DNA of 63,981 bases, the filler included, from Ionaspis alba (taxonomy: Eukaryota), in NCBI GenBank assembly GCA_964255285.1. It is 3 parts of 3 records of this genome, joined end to end, with 100 filler letters (N's around TTAATTAATTAA, not from the genome) between each part and the next. Parts side by side here need not be neighbours in the genome. Positions count along the whole stretch, not along the records: positions 22,704 to 45,280 come from CAXUUL010000203.1; positions 45,381 to 63,981 come from CAXUUL010000287.1; 1 more part is not named here. One strand, written 5' to 3'. Of this stretch, positions 38,872-49,739 are shown one piece after another. Made by a program: the position numbers and the translations under genes. Numbering within the stretch: position 1 is the first letter of the stretch; every line of letters begins with the position of its first letter. A model generated the notes under the pieces. That model was given only the letters and a program-made list of their open reading frames with translations, was not told the DNA's origin and searched no databases.

Positions 38872-40268
38872 AAGTAGCCGCTTTTAAGGGAGCACAGAAG
38901 GGGAGCTTGGAGTCTGACCGGAATTTCCCCTGAGACTAATCCAAACTTGGTGGGGGTTAAAGCCAATATTGGCTGCCCAAGATTCGGCTATGGAAGGCAG
39001 CAGATCTCTCCTATTTTGGATCCGTCAATAAAGCCACAGTCCCCGTGTATTTTGAACCTGCGATCACGATGCAACGCTTTATTATTTCCATGTCATGGCG
39101 CTGTTTTAGAGTTGATTCTGGTCGACTCATACGCCCCGGCATAAAGAGTCGATAAGAATTCGGTCTTGATCATTATATACAAGGCTGTTAGGTACGGAGG
39201 TGTCAGGGCCTCGAGTCCTCAAAGTCTTACAAACCTTTGCAATGAGTGGCTGGTATCCGGCCATCCAAGTCCGCGATGATTTTTCTTCATTCCCTTCCTT
39301 TAAGATCGTTGTATTGAGCGCCTTGGATACAGCTCGATCCAGTGAAGTTGGTGTTAGAGCAGAGTCACGATTGAAATCCAGTTGAACAAGGCATCATCGA
39401 GAAAGTAGGCCTGCATTCCGTTATTGGAGTCCTTCGGCCCGCCAAAGCTAGGCGGTTTGAGGCTGTCATGTTCCAACGTACCTTTGTCGAGTATGATTTC
39501 CTGGGTCCTGAGTTAGTTTTGCGTATGAGAAAGGTCGGACACGGCCGCCCTGTCGGACATTGTGAAGCAAGAAACAGATGGCATAGAGCCCTTTTCAAGG
39601 TTGACTTGAGGGCGGCAGATGCCCTTCGCCAATCATCATCCACCCACCCACACCCTCCATCCCCTCCCATCTCATAACCTAGACATTGTCACTGCCCACC
39701 CACACAAAGGCTCGATCCGCAGCCTGTGCGGCGCGTACGAAGCAACGTCCTGTTCATGGCTCTTTTTTAGGCTGCAGCCTTGTCTTTGTAAACCAGAGCG
39801 CAGCTTCTCTATAAGTATTGCCCTCCTTTCCCCCTGCCTGGTGGTGCTTATTGGAGGGGCTCAGCGTCAAATGTGGTGTGGCTATTATAAGACTCTGCGG
39901 CTTCAATTCTGTTGAATAGCATTCGAAACTGATGTTTTTTAGACAGGACCGACTTTTAGATTTTCGCATCACAATGCGAGATCCTCTTGGCCTGTGCATT
40001 CGTCGCAGCTCTTTCAGCCATACTCACTCTCATGTTAGTCGTTCGGAGCCATTGATTCCAGCAGAATGCAATGAAGTCGGCCCTTCTCACGTGAACGATG
40101 ACCCCTGCCAATATCCTCTACCTACCGCAGATGATGGATTCTGGAGCATCCCGAACGTCTCCGGGCTTGATTTCGCGGACAATACTTCGGATGACTGGCT
40201 GAAGGATGCCGGTAAAGACAATCTTTTGCGTCATTTGTGCCATGCGGCTGACTCCGCCTTGAGTATCT

Positions 40269-42320
40269 TTGAAAAGGCTCGAACTGTATCAGCCCTCATA
40301 TCCACTAGAGAGGTCCCGCAGCTGTAGCGGTCGTATTGAGGCATCATCTGCCCATATCATAAGTCACATCCAAAAGCCTCTGTCCTTGCGCACAGATCGC
40401 CCCAATGTGTCGCGATCAAACAGTTTACCTGAATCGGAATCAGACCGCCACTCGAACCGGAACAGACCTCAGGAAATCTCCGAGTTCTCGCTCCGTGAAC
40501 GAATTGACATCAGCGCCAAGGAAGTGAAGAACAAAGATCCTTTGATAAACAAGCCTGCTCTCGAGTTCCGAGCACGCGGACTGGGCCCAGTCACTAAACG
40601 CAAACACGTTAAGGAAAAAGCAACTGTTCTGCCTTTACGTGGGCTCTCTCAGAAGGCGAAAAGCCCGTATATCTCTCCACTTCCCCTGTGCACTGTCACA
40701 GCAAAGCGACGTTTTGAGAGAGAAGACGAAATTGTAGCGATCACACCGAATTTCAAGAAGACTAGAAGACACACCAAGAACCTTGAGAGTCCATCCATGT
40801 ACCAAAATACTGTGGAGAGGCTCAGATCTGAATATTCAGACCCGACCTTCAAACCTTCACCCTCTGATTTCCAAGCCTCAAGTCAGTAGCACCTGTCATG
40901 GACTCCTGGGTCTGAGCTAAAACTGTTATTAGAATGGTTGAGCATCGACCGAAGTGCTTTCCATTTTGTTCCTCGTTACCTAACTCGTAACAGTCACGGC
41001 GCCACTGTAACATCTAGTTCTATACAACTGCCTGAAACACAGGTCAGAGCTAGGCAAGAGCCCTCGTCGTCTGATGCGAAGTCCACAAGCATTGCCATCA
41101 AAACCGAAGAACAAAACCATCCAAATGCAGGGCCTACCCATTTCGCTTCTGCCCTCCACAAATTCAACGAAGCCATATCTGGTTGTGATGCTATGCGGAG
41201 GTTCCGAGACATGCCCAGATGGTGCCTAGCAAACAAAAGGGATGGTTCGAGATGCCAAGGGAGAATGCCACCCGGGACACGAAACCCGACCACACAGCTC
41301 CTGGCCGAGCTTGCAGAGCTGAACATATATGCCAACATGCAGGAATGCCTTGATAAGCTTGTCGCTTTAACAGAAATAGCCGTCTGCCATCATCAACGCT
41401 ATGCTGTCATAGAGAAGCTCAAATCGCTTCTACGAGCAGCCCGATTGAAAAGTTCCTCTCAAGGTGTTCCGATCACTCCAGACTCGCAAAATGAGGGAAG
41501 TCGAAATTCAGACCGGTCGGAGTCAACTCCAATGAAACAGGAGAGTGGGGCAAACCAGGCACGGAAGAAGGAAAGCAGAATCCAAACCTCGGTTACCACT
41601 TCAGTGATCGAAGTCACCTACTGGTTGCGCGAACCACCAAGCAAGGCATTACAATACTTATCAGAGTATCGGCCATATGATCTTCTTGGATTGGGTCCAA
41701 GTAATGCGATGGAGCGGGTCGTAGAGCAAGCCAAGAAGCCTCTGTTTATCAGGAACCCTAAGATGACTGGCGGATTTCAAGAGCTTGATGAGCGCTGGGA
41801 CGGATACATCTATGTATACTGGAACCGGGCCAGCTTCGGCCTTGTGAAGATAGGATGCACAACCGTTGATGTCGATCGGCGCCTTCAGCAATGGGAAGAC
41901 AAGTGCCAACGTCTCGCTGAGGAGCATTACCGATCCCCTTTCAGAATCAAGCACGTGGCCAGAGTTGAGAAGTTGATACACACCGAGTTCCAAGAGTACA
42001 GAGTCTTCGAACCGTTTTGCCGCGGTTGTGGCCACAAACACATCGAATGGTTCAGAGGACTGGATCTGGGTTTAGTGATCAGAAGGATAGAAGCTTGGAC
42101 GGAGTGGATAACGAAAGAGCCTTACGAGGAGAAATTGGGCTCTTGGCGATTGAAAGACCGTCTTGAACTCGCGTTGCCGCAAATCTGCACCGCACCTGAT
42201 GAAACTAACAGCCCGAAAAAGGGAAACGCCTCTGGAAGGAGAGAGTCCCCGCGATATCATTTACGGCATCGTCGAGCACAGGGATCGTCTCAGCATACAG
42301 CCTCTTCTATTCGATCTTGA
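40269..42320 (+). pseudogene. T5orf172/MUG113 (GIY-YIG-like) domain gene interrupted by one in-frame TAG (40887-40889); 5' end uncertain
   Basis: GYIYVYW...LVKIGCT...RRLQQWEDKC...RVEKLIHTEF...CRGCGHKHIEWF is a T5orf172 domain; ORFs 40269-40889 and 40938-42320 share a frame that stays open between them apart from the TAG. Confidence 0.7.
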
Positions 42321-42420
42321 AAGTTGCTCTTTATAAAACTTTTTGGAAAAGCAAAAGAATTAAAGTAGCAGGTTGGCGTCGAAGCTGTGCGAGTACGGCG
42401 AAATGTATATTTTATATATA

Positions 42421-42575
42421 CCCCGAATCTAGGATTGGTAATTTGCTGTTTTCGATCAAGAAAGGGAGCAGAGCCACTCGAGCAGGGGGCGCAGCAAGGG
42501 AGCACCGAGTGAGGAAAGGGGAAGCACCGGTGGAGTAGCGAAGGAGCAAGAGCGAGCACTAGAGGAGCAGAGGGG
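42421..42575 (+). repeat. Repeat terminus followed by a degenerate GAGCA array (about 11-12 nt period)
   Basis: TATATA|CCCCGAATCTAGGATTGGT followed by about ten GGGAGCA-like units. Confidence 0.55.
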
Positions 42576-42639
42576 TTTATCGAGGGAGCCTGTATGTCGG
42601 CTATGATTCCCGATCCGTGTAGACTGCTATTCAACAACA

Positions 42640-43880
42640 ATAGGTCAACGATGTCCATATTGTCATCATCTTCATCGACAGCATCGCTTAGCTCAAGGAG
42701 ATTGAACCTTTTATTACCGTAGTCGAAAATCTTGATTTCTCGGGGTCGCGAAACGTGTTTAGGCTCACGTCCCGCCTTTCTTTGTCTTTGATGGGGGTGG
42801 TGGATGGCGAGGAAAGAATCGCCGACCGTATGACAAGACGTAAGTATGAGACAATCCTTGAGCCGTCGCTACCTTTCCAATCCAGCTTGCGGCTACGTGT
42901 GAGCTAATAAATTGATTTAGCAAACCACTAATCGATAGGAATAAGTTGATTTAATTACTTACCTCGCTTGAGTTATCCAGACGCCAAAGCTTAAACTCGT
43001 TGCCGTCTGTGCTTAGCCCATACACAAGCTTATTCTGCTTGCCTTGGCTCTCCCTTGTCCGGTGCACAATACCTGTACGTAGATCAATAACAACCCAATG
43101 ATATAAGCCGAAGCAAACACGACAGATTACTTGCCCATGTACGCTGCTAGTTGGCCATCCGCCATAGAGAGCATACCTTCTCTTTTCGCCTCAATAAGAA
43201 TCAAATTTGTCCCTATCGGTTCGTCTTTGTCATACCAGAGAGAATGGTCTGCAATACCCTGCAGCACGTGCTTCTCCTTTCGATAAGTTACAAGGCGGTT
43301 GAGCTTGGTTTCGAACTGCAAGAGGAGAGGAGCTGGATCAGAAGACGGAGTTGTAGGACGGGCAAATAATTGCTTTGACGGCGCCGCGTTAGGCCGGATA
43401 TATTCCCGAAAAGCAAGTCGCTTCTCTTCGCCGATACAGCTTATGAGAATGTCATGAATCTGTGACCGTGCGAGAGCTTCATTTGCCAACGACCCGTCTG
43501 TGACAAATATAGACTCATTCTTAATAGCGACTGCAGAAAATTAGTATCAACCAGATCAATACAAGGATATAATACCAAGAAGGGCAGGTATTTCGTATAG
43601 TTTATTATCCGCTAGCGTCCACGCATCAAAGAGCTGGTTATAACTCAAATCGAATGCCTTGATAGCATCTTTCAGATCAAGTCTGCTGGCTGGAAGCTTT
43701 GGTTTCTATCAGCCACCGATACACAGATGATAATGGTCAAAACCCATAATAGCTCACAGATGTGGGCAGCTGCTTCAATTCATCGTGCGTAGCCTCAAGA
43801 TCCTGCCTGAGAGCGTCACCTAGCTTAGGTAGAATATGCTATACGGGCCCCTCAATTGGGACAGCCTTCGGCTTTGTCGT
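42640..43880 (-). pseudogene. Fungal PD-(D/E)XK restriction-endonuclease-fold gene, degenerate, multi-exon
   Basis: NEALARSQIHDIL...GIADHSLWY...LILIEAKR...GQLAAYMG / VYGLSTDGNEFKLWRLDN / IRSAILSSPSTTP; no ATG at the apparent start, an in-frame TAG in exon 1 and apparent frameshifts near the 3' end. Confidence 0.65.
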
Positions 43881-44167
43881 GAGAAGTGAGAGTGAGATTG
43901 GTGCTTGCAACTTTGATTGGGGGCAGGGGTGAGGAAGCTGGAAGGGGCGGACCTGCCAGCGCGATGTCGCTAACTTAATGCGGCGCTACTAGTCTAGTCT
44001 ATGAAAAAGCCCAGCTACGTAGTAGTCTACTATTTTGAAATGTCCAATTCACGACGAAGACTTTATGTATATATTTATATAACTTCCCAAAACCCAGGCC
44101 AACACGTGATCAGTCGCTGACTAAAGGTGCCGCCGCTTTGCTCCCCCGCTAACGACCGTTTCGTCGA

Positions 44168-44412
44168 TGTGCTCTCCCTATGCTTACCCATGCTCTTTCG
44201 CTGCTTTCCCCTACTCCCTCGTTACTCCCCCGTGCTCCTCCTCAGCCACTTCCTTCTCTTTAGCTGGTAATGCGTTTTCACAAGTTTAAACGAGAGCGTC
44301 CGTTCAGCTCGTTTTGGATGCTGATCAGAAAGGAGCCGGTTATGGCTCCACCGACCGTCCACCATGTTATCTTCTGCTCTTGCCCTCTTGCTCTTTCCCT
44401 CTTGCTCTTTTC
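44168..44412 (-). repeat. Degenerate GAGCA (TGCTC on +) array, inverted relative to 42464-42575
   Basis: Repeated TGCTC/TACTC-pyrimidine units, e.g. GTGCTCTCCC, ATGCTCTTTC, GTGCTCCTCC, TTGCTCTTTCC. Confidence 0.45.
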
Positions 44413-44627
44413 CTTCATTTCTAGTTATCTTCGTCCTGCAGTAACCGGTCAGTGTACCAAACGCGTCATTGTATACGTTGCCATCTCATATTCACTCTAC
44501 ATAAGGTATATCTTTATCTTTCTCTCTTCGCTGTACACGCCTCAGTGACCAGGGCAGTTTTTTCTAGCTACTATCCCACCCTTTACCTCGTCTCCAATGG
44601 TGATGAAGAAGAGGAGGTGTAGATATA

Positions 44628-45280
44628 ATCGGCAAAAAGCATTTTACCTCTCTATATAGACCTGTAAGGGAAACAGCATTCACGGCTAAGAACATTAAGG
44701 CCGGCTTCGCTGCAAGTAGATTGGTGTTATTCAACTAGATAGAGTATTTAGAGATATACTGAAGCTCCCCGCTGAATTGACCATTCCGAAGGCCGATGAA
44801 GTGAAGGTGGGGCCTCATCCACAAAATGAAATACTGGAAACGCCCGTAACGCCAGTGTCAGCAGAGGCGCTTATATCGCTGCAAAATATGATGATTAAAC
44901 AGGACGCTCACACGCTCAATGAAACGAGCAAACAGAGCCTATAGAAGTAAGTATAGAAGCTCGCCAATGCCACCCAAACGTCTCTTGCCAGAAAAGCCCT
45001 CCAGCAGGACCAAATTCGAGTTTCAATTACAATCAACGACGAAGCCAAAGTTCGACGATTGACCAAGTCAGTGGTACTAGGGAAGGCGAAGGTCATGAGC
45101 TATGAGGACCTTGTCGCGAAGCGTGCTGAGAGGGAGGCGAAAGAATAAAACAAAGCCAAGGGGAAAAGCAGACGTGGTCGAAAGCGCAAGAATCCGGAAG
45201 AAGCAGGTGGGTCAGAGCCAGAGGCCAAAGTTGCGCGGATGAGCGAAGCGCAGGTTGCGGAGGATGAAATTGCGCCAGAA
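44628..45280 (+). mobile_element. pogo/Fot1-type (Tc1/mariner) transposase C-terminal relic with RIP-like mutations, truncated by gap
   Basis: Translates IGKKHFTSLYRPVRETAFTAKNIKAGFAA...TPVTPVSAEAL...INDEAKVRRLTKSVVLGKAKVMSYEDL...RGRKRK with several TAG/TAA stops. Confidence 0.85.
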
Positions 45281-45380
45281 NNNNNNNNNNNNNNNNNNNN
45301 NNNNNNNNNNNNNNNNNNNNNNNNTTAATTAATTAANNNNNNNNNNNNNNNNNNNNNNNNNNNNNNNNNNNNNNNNNNNN
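45281..45380. other. Scaffold join with TTAATTAATTAA linker (45325-45336)
   Basis: Artificial spacer within an N run. Confidence 0.9.
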
Positions 45381-45682
45381 GTCATCTTGGCGAATAGAGA
45401 CAAACAGTTCCGATTAAGCCGGAGTGCCTTCTTGAACCATGGTCCGAGAGGGCTATGGTGGGTAGATGGGATTTGACTTTGAGGACTGAACATGAGCTCG
45501 ATATTGTGGGACGTTTGTTTATCGAGCGATTCTGTTGGTGGATTGGCAATATAGTCGGACCATAGCATCAAGGATTTGCCATCAGGATGATAGTTGGAGA
45601 CCGGAAGGGTCCGTAGCCGCTCCACAATCGAATAACACCACACAGATGTATATTCAACCAGTCTTCCCATTGATCGTGTAGA

Positions 45683-46258
45683 TTATTTCAGGATGACATG
45701 AGCTCCCCTCGCCTCAAGATATTTCTCAGCAATGCCCTGCGGCAGACTCCTCACAACCCCAAAAACCTCCTTGTTGTGGTATCGTAGCCTCGTCTTCGGA
45801 TCCGTGTAATGTGCCGGTAAGCCCGTGATGTCGCAATACGGCTTCTGATGCGCTGGATGTAATGAAGGAGCAGATTCGATATTGGTGTAAGTAGCCACCG
45901 GACCCGTTGCCGCCATTGAAGCCTGTAGATTCCTCTCTAACACCAACGTCGACAGATTTTGCGCAGCTTGGGCAATATTTGGATGGGGCAACGTCCCATT
46001 CATAGGCAGAGGGGTGACATCGCCCGTGCCCATTGAAGAGGCCCGAGCCATAGGGGTCGAGGACCCACTGTTGTTTTGTGTAGCTAGCACGGAAGCTTCT
46101 TTGCGAGAGGCTTCCCCAGTGATTTGCTTGATGTTCTTGTTACGCCGCTGGGAGGGTTTCCAGTGCTGGTTGCGGAATGGGCGGGGCTTCAGCGCCATGT
46201 CGAGGGAGTCGAGCAGCTGCTGGTGAGAGTCATCGGTCGAAGGTGTTCCTGGAGCCAT
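45683..46258 (-). CDS. IES6: INO80 complex subunit Ies6 (YL1-C domain)
   Basis: KPRPFRN...RRNKNIKQI, TYTNIESAPSL, YCDITGLPAHYTDPKTRLRYHNKEVF, YLEARGAHVILK. Confidence 0.92.
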   Translation of the reverse strand: MAPGTPSTDDSHQQLLDSLDMALKPRPFRNQHWKPSQRRNKNIKQITGEASRKEASVLATQNNSGSSTPMARASSMGTGDVTPLPMNGTLPHPNIAQAAQNLSTLVLERNLQASMAATGPVATYTNIESAPSLHPAHQKPYCDITGLPAHYTDPKTRLRYHNKEVFGVVRSLPQGIAEKYLEARGAHVILK

Positions 46259-46350
46259 CTGTGATATAGAACGATCGACGATGTCAGATAGATCGATGCT
46301 ACGAAGTCAATGGCGAAATGGGCCACAAAACTGTACTGAACTCTAGCGTA

Positions 46351-46504
46351 GTCTCGGCCACCACCAAAGTGGATCAATCACCAATACGGACCGCTAATAT
46401 TTTGCTAACAAAATGACCACGCTAAAATCTTGGCACGGTCGTTTTGTTAGCAAAATATTAGCGGTCCGTATTGGTGGTTGATCCACTTTGGTGGTGGCCG
46501 AGAC
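46351..46504. mobile_element. 154-bp palindromic MITE-like element flanked by TA
   Basis: 68-bp arms (46351-46418, 46437-46504) with only 2 mismatches; TA on both sides (46349-46350, 46505-46506). Confidence 0.75.
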
Positions 46505-47190
46505 TACTGACTATTGGACGCGGGTGGTCCGTGTCCCGGCAGACAACGGTGATACGGAAGCTTGTTCTCACCGATCTTCAACCACAAAGTCGATTTATCG
46601 AGGACACTAATTTTGGGTGTGCATTCCCAAGTCACGCCGTGTGCTGCGCCTTAATTCTCGTGAAGCCTGGCCGGGGGATCGTTATGAGGCATACAAGCCA
46701 TCAGCAATCTAATCCTCCATAGCAAGACGCACGAGTCTATGGTATGTCGATGTTATGTTTTGACCATCTCGTCACGCTCTCCGTGTCCTCATTTACTTCT
46801 GTGTAATGATGCTATATGACTATTCCATCCAACTGGTCTTGGATCACCACGAGATCTGCGCCAAGGACACCACGTCAGAGAGCAGCGAGGCACAGCACGT
46901 CACAAAAGCTTCAACTGCATATCGGGCATCGCTAGTCTTATCATTTTGATAGGTTCATTAGACATTCTCGGGCGGCTCGCGTGAATATATGTAGACACCG
47001 ATCAGGCTGAAATAATAGAAACAAAAATAGCCAGCCTTGCAATTGCTTTTCCTGATCTCAAAGAGAAAGAAACCGTATTTCCTTGTGTCTACATATTTTC
47101 AACCGAGCTCAGAACCATCGGTTGATAGCCTCGCTGGTTTTATGAGAAAGTGTCTTTTTTGTGACCTTTTAAGAAGCTGCGGCTGAAGCA

Positions 47191-48569
47191 ATGATGAGGC
47201 GAACACTTCCACTCCCATCACTCATGATCTTTCTACCCTTCCTCTTCATGGGGACGGCGACAGCCGCCAAATACCAACAATGGTTTTGGTGGTACGTTCG
47301 CGATGGGACACTCCCTCATCTATCCAAGGAGGTTTGCAAAGACCAGTACGACGGCTACATGACTTCGCTCACATCTCCGGACTATCGATTCCAAGGCTTT
47401 GCCTCGTTCGAGTGGTGTGTATGTTGATATTATATTCTGCCAGCCAGTATCGAAGGCTGACACGGCCCAGTATTTAGTCGAAGACTGTATACTCGACAAC
47501 ATACGTTCTTCCTATCAAATGAACTACCAGTCGGCTGCGGTCATCCTCGGTATCCTGCCAGGGCTCCTTGGCTCCCTTGGCGCACGACTGTCAGAGATCT
47601 CCTACCTGTCCGTCCATCGGCCCATCCTTTCTTTCTTGCTGGCGCTGGGCTCACCAGCTGTCTGGCCGACCCGCATGTTTGAGTATGACGATCCCGTGGA
47701 AACAGTGAAGGAAGGCATCAACAAGATCGTGATGCCAAGCTGGCGAGAGTATCCGCGTTTATCGGCTTGTCTGAGCGCAGCGCAATATATTCTCGCTCTG
47801 GCCTCGATAGCAAATATGGTTGAGATCTCGTTGCAACTTGGGAGGAAGTCCATCTTAGCATGGGGCTGTATTTTTGGTTATGGCCCTCTTTTGTGGGTGC
47901 TACTGCCGGTTGTCATTCATTTATTGGCCGCCGTCACGTACAATATCGAGATCAGGAATCAGAGACTGAAGTTCAAAAAGTTAATCGAGAGTAATGACAA
48001 TTCGAAGGTCGAGAAACAGCTGGGTAAAAGATTGAGCAGGTCTCAAACCTTGAAACTTGCTATCACGGCGCCTTTGAACGGTTCGTGGTGGGTAGCGGAG
48101 ACGACAATATGTGCGAACAGGGACAAAGGTTTAGCCGTTCTGCTGACGGCGCTGGAGACCTCTAAGATTGCCATCTTCCTCAATGTTGTTGCAAATGTTT
48201 TCGCTTTCAGTAGGTTTTGTGATATCCCCAGCCTGTTGCCATCGAAAACGTATTAAGTCGCGCTCAACTTACAGTCCACTTGGTATTCGGCACGGTGCTT
48301 TTCGCATCCCTAGTGGTACGCCCGTCATGGATCTGGCATACATTTACATTTACTGACCTCGAGATCACTAGTTCATTGCTGTCTGGGATATTATGAATAC
48401 TATTTTATGGAGATTTTTACTTTCAACGGCGTTATGCCGTTTCATTCTTGTCATCGAGATTGCAGGCATGAGGGACAAGAAGACTGCGGACTCGGACTCA
48501 ACGCACGAGACTGGTAATGTGAAGAGTGTCCCGGTGGCGGTGAAAGACACGCCGGCATCGGGAGAGTGA
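47191..48569 (+). CDS. Signal-peptide-bearing multi-pass membrane protein of unknown function, multi-exon
   Basis: Signal-like MMRRTLPLPSLMIFLPFLFMGTATAA; CILDN...YQSAAVILGILP...LLALGSPAV pattern; several TM segments; last exon ends PASGE* at 48569. Confidence 0.75.
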
Positions 48570-48963
48570 TTTATGAGACGGAGGTCGAGTCAGGAGTCTA
48601 GGTAATGTGATGAAATGGAACGTGCTATAGACAATCCTCATACAAATACGTTGTATTCCTCAGCTATAATGATCATAGCCGGATCGAAGACATTGTGCTA
48701 TTGTAACTGAATCCGAGGACTATGGCCAGTAGATTACGTGATGGTCAGAAAATGTTTTGGACACTCGGGGCACTATTACTCTTGCCAGTGTCTCGAATTA
48801 TCGTTCAGGTTGATGTAGAAGATATGACCGTTTTCAAAAAGTTTAAGCGGGCCGGAATGTGCTCGTTATCGCGAGGCCCACTTCACGTGTCTGCGCAACG
48901 AATCAAGAACCACGTACGCTTAAAAGACTCGCACCTTAAGACACTCCTATGGGGATGTAGACA

Positions 48964-49401
48964 ATGGTACGTGATGCATAGCAGACTATAAATGTAACTG
49001 GTATGGTGTTCACATACTTGCCAGGAGAGTCCTCATGAACATCAACAAAGCCTACTTCTGTCTCGCATCATCACCAACGTGGTATGTCCTCTCCTCCATG
49101 GCTCTGTGCACAATCATATATCTCACTCTTTACAGGAGAAGCTCAATGAAGCAGTGATGGTAATGAACAAAAGTCTTCAGGTTCGATTGCTCTACAAAAT
49201 AGCTGTTTGCCCGGACTAAAGTCAGCTATATGCGCAGGAGATAAATATCCAGAACATGAACGTTGAGCTCGTCGCGCAGATGTTCAAGAACTATCAATCA
49301 AATGTTCTTTTCCACCTAGAAGGTCAGATAAGATCTTTTCGACTTGGGGGTCGTCGACTAATGTCACAACAGCTACCGACAGCCTGAAAGATCCTTCCTA
49401 A
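48964..49401 (+). CDS. DAD4: DASH/Dam1 kinetochore complex subunit Dad4, 5 exons
   Basis: Exons 48964-48966, 49025-49081, 49136-49180, 49238-49322 and 49373-49401 splice to [72 protein letters not shown]. Confidence 0.92.
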
Positions 49402-49739
49402 GTCAACTCATTGACTCCGGCAGATTGTACATAGTGGATAGTGAAACTGATGAGAAACGAGTAAATGATTGTAGAATGACAAATTTGAACCTTATAAGAA
49501 AGTTGGTGCCGTTAAATTATGATCTGATCAACTAAGAACGATATACCGGTGACCGCACATCTACAACTTTAACCTCCAAACCCCATGTGTGTTAGCATGA
49601 GACAGCGTGAGGTGACCTCTACTTCATCGGCTGAATGACCTCCCACCCCCTTCGCTGAGCCATAATCAAGTATGTCAGAACATTCTAAAAAACCCTGATC
49701 CACCAATGTGGCAGGGCAACCATCGCCATCAAAGTCACC

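Noticed and set aside
42464..42575. Periodic repeat considered as a CRISPR-like array
   Set aside because: Short degenerate units without unique spacers, eukaryotic context and no cas genes.
48607..48710. GTGATGA...CTGA box C/D-like pair
   Set aside because: Lies in a 3' UTR with no terminal stem or recognisable rRNA antisense element.
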